Of a stretch of 64,000 bases of DNA, positions 63,439-64,000 are shown piece by piece. The stretch's first letter is position 1, and each line of letters opens with the position of its first letter. The notes under the pieces are model-generated. The model was not told where the DNA came from and ran no database searches. It saw only the letters and a program-made list of their open reading frames with translations. The translations under genes and the position numbers were made by a program. The stretch is taken from the NCBI GenBank assembly GCA_002245135.1, contig NGBS01000584.1, positions 248,001 through 312,000 of the forward strand, given 5' to 3'. Origin of the DNA: Proteromonas lacertae. Taxonomy: Eukaryota.

Positions 63439-63651
63439 TTAAAGTGAAGGAAGTGGTTGGATCTGATATTTCCATGAATCATTATCTAATTCACATATCT
63501 TATTTTCAATTGACTTTTCTATACTCTTATTTGTATTGACTAAACTACTTTGTTTAGATATCGGTAAATATTTAACTAATGATAGGAATTTATCTTCTGA
63601 TATGTTCTCTTTATTCCTATAAAAATCAAAATAATCTCAAAATCTATACAT
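63439..63651 (-). CDS. Small 59-aa protein with a split start codon (possibly APC16-like)
   Basis: AT|G across a 33-nt GTATAG..TATAG intron gives MNKENISEDKFLSLVKYLPISKQSSLVNTNKSIEKSIENKICELDNDSWKYQIQPLPSL*. Confidence 0.6.
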
Positions 63652-63807
63652 TTTCTAGTGAATTTTTGAATTTTTAAATGTGACAAAGTATTGACATTGT
63701 CAATGTCACAAAAATGTAAAACAAAATATCTCATCAGCCAAGTAGAGTCAACCCATTATTGTATTTTATTATACAAAAATACAGTTCTATTCAACAATAA
63801 CCATCAT

Positions 63808-64000
63808 TTAAAAATAAGTATTTCTTATCTCACAAGCTTCTCCTTCAAAACCTTCAAAACATTCACATTGACCAGTATTATAGTTACATAATCCTCTCCC
63901 ACTGCAATCTCTTTGTTCTCCATTGTCATCGTCTGGATTCAGCGGATCTTTTGCAGACGGACATTCCAACAAACTACAATCACTTCCTCTATGTCTTTTA
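63808..64000 (-). CDS. C-terminus of a Sig1/Ocm1-type mastigoneme EGF-repeat protein (5' part outside the window)
   Basis: GSDCSLLECPSAKDPLNPDDDNGEQRDCSGRGLCNYNTGQCECFEGFEGEACEIRNTYF*. Confidence 0.7.
   Translation of the reverse strand, partial: KRHRGSDCSLLECPSAKDPLNPDDDNGEQRDCSGRGLCNYNTGQCECFEGFEGEACEIRNTYF

Noticed and set aside
1..64000. Polyadenylation-created stop codons with a downstream TGTTTGTT motif (known in Blastocystis)
   Set aside because: Every gene end I traced has a genomic stop codon, and I saw no consistently placed TGTTTGTT.
1..64000. Alternative genetic code or stop-codon readthrough as the cause of ORF fragmentation
   Set aside because: Breaks are explained by short introns, apart from two indels and one AT-initiated intron. 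TAA, TAG and TGA all terminate genes.

Overview
Very AT-rich, gene-dense eukaryotic (protist) genomic DNA. Most spliceosomal introns are tiny (about 24-48 nt, GTAT...TAG), so the ORF track is fragmented; I re-spliced the gene models by eye. Intron style, compactness and a Sig1/Ocm1 mastigoneme-type EGF C-terminus point to a stramenopile, probably an AT-rich Blastocystis or Opalinata relative (inference). About 25 genes are supportable: pseudokinase-LRR, WRNIP1/Mgs1, RPB2, four tandem membrane-anchored papain-family proteases with mosaic duplication, UFM1, a degenerate ADCY10-like cyclase, ZNF598, BTB-Ig-SPRY, Kelch-TM-RING, two 7TM-RGS receptors, homoserine dehydrogenase, Rab28, a coiled-coil protein, a tandem USP protein, an Hsp110-NBD/Tudor-repeat fusion, a FYVE-like/PDZ/SPRY/LRR/CHAT-like protein, an IQ-pseudokinase, NCS-PIP5K, Mic19-like, RAD50 and a hidden 59-aa gene. 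The most notable observations are: (1) two 7TM-RGS receptors with different ligand-binding ectodomains (LivJ-like and Cache-like) tightly flanking homoserine dehydrogenase; (2) each receptor carries an AT-initiated, U12-like intron with the same TTCTTTAAT element 10 nt from the 3' end (one AT-AC, one apparently AT-AA); (3) a module-swapped protease array with poly-Cys tails; (4) E2F-like sites at the two DNA-repair genes plus two recurrent promoter motifs; (5) start codons split by introns. All domain calls are from motif recognition, not from searches.
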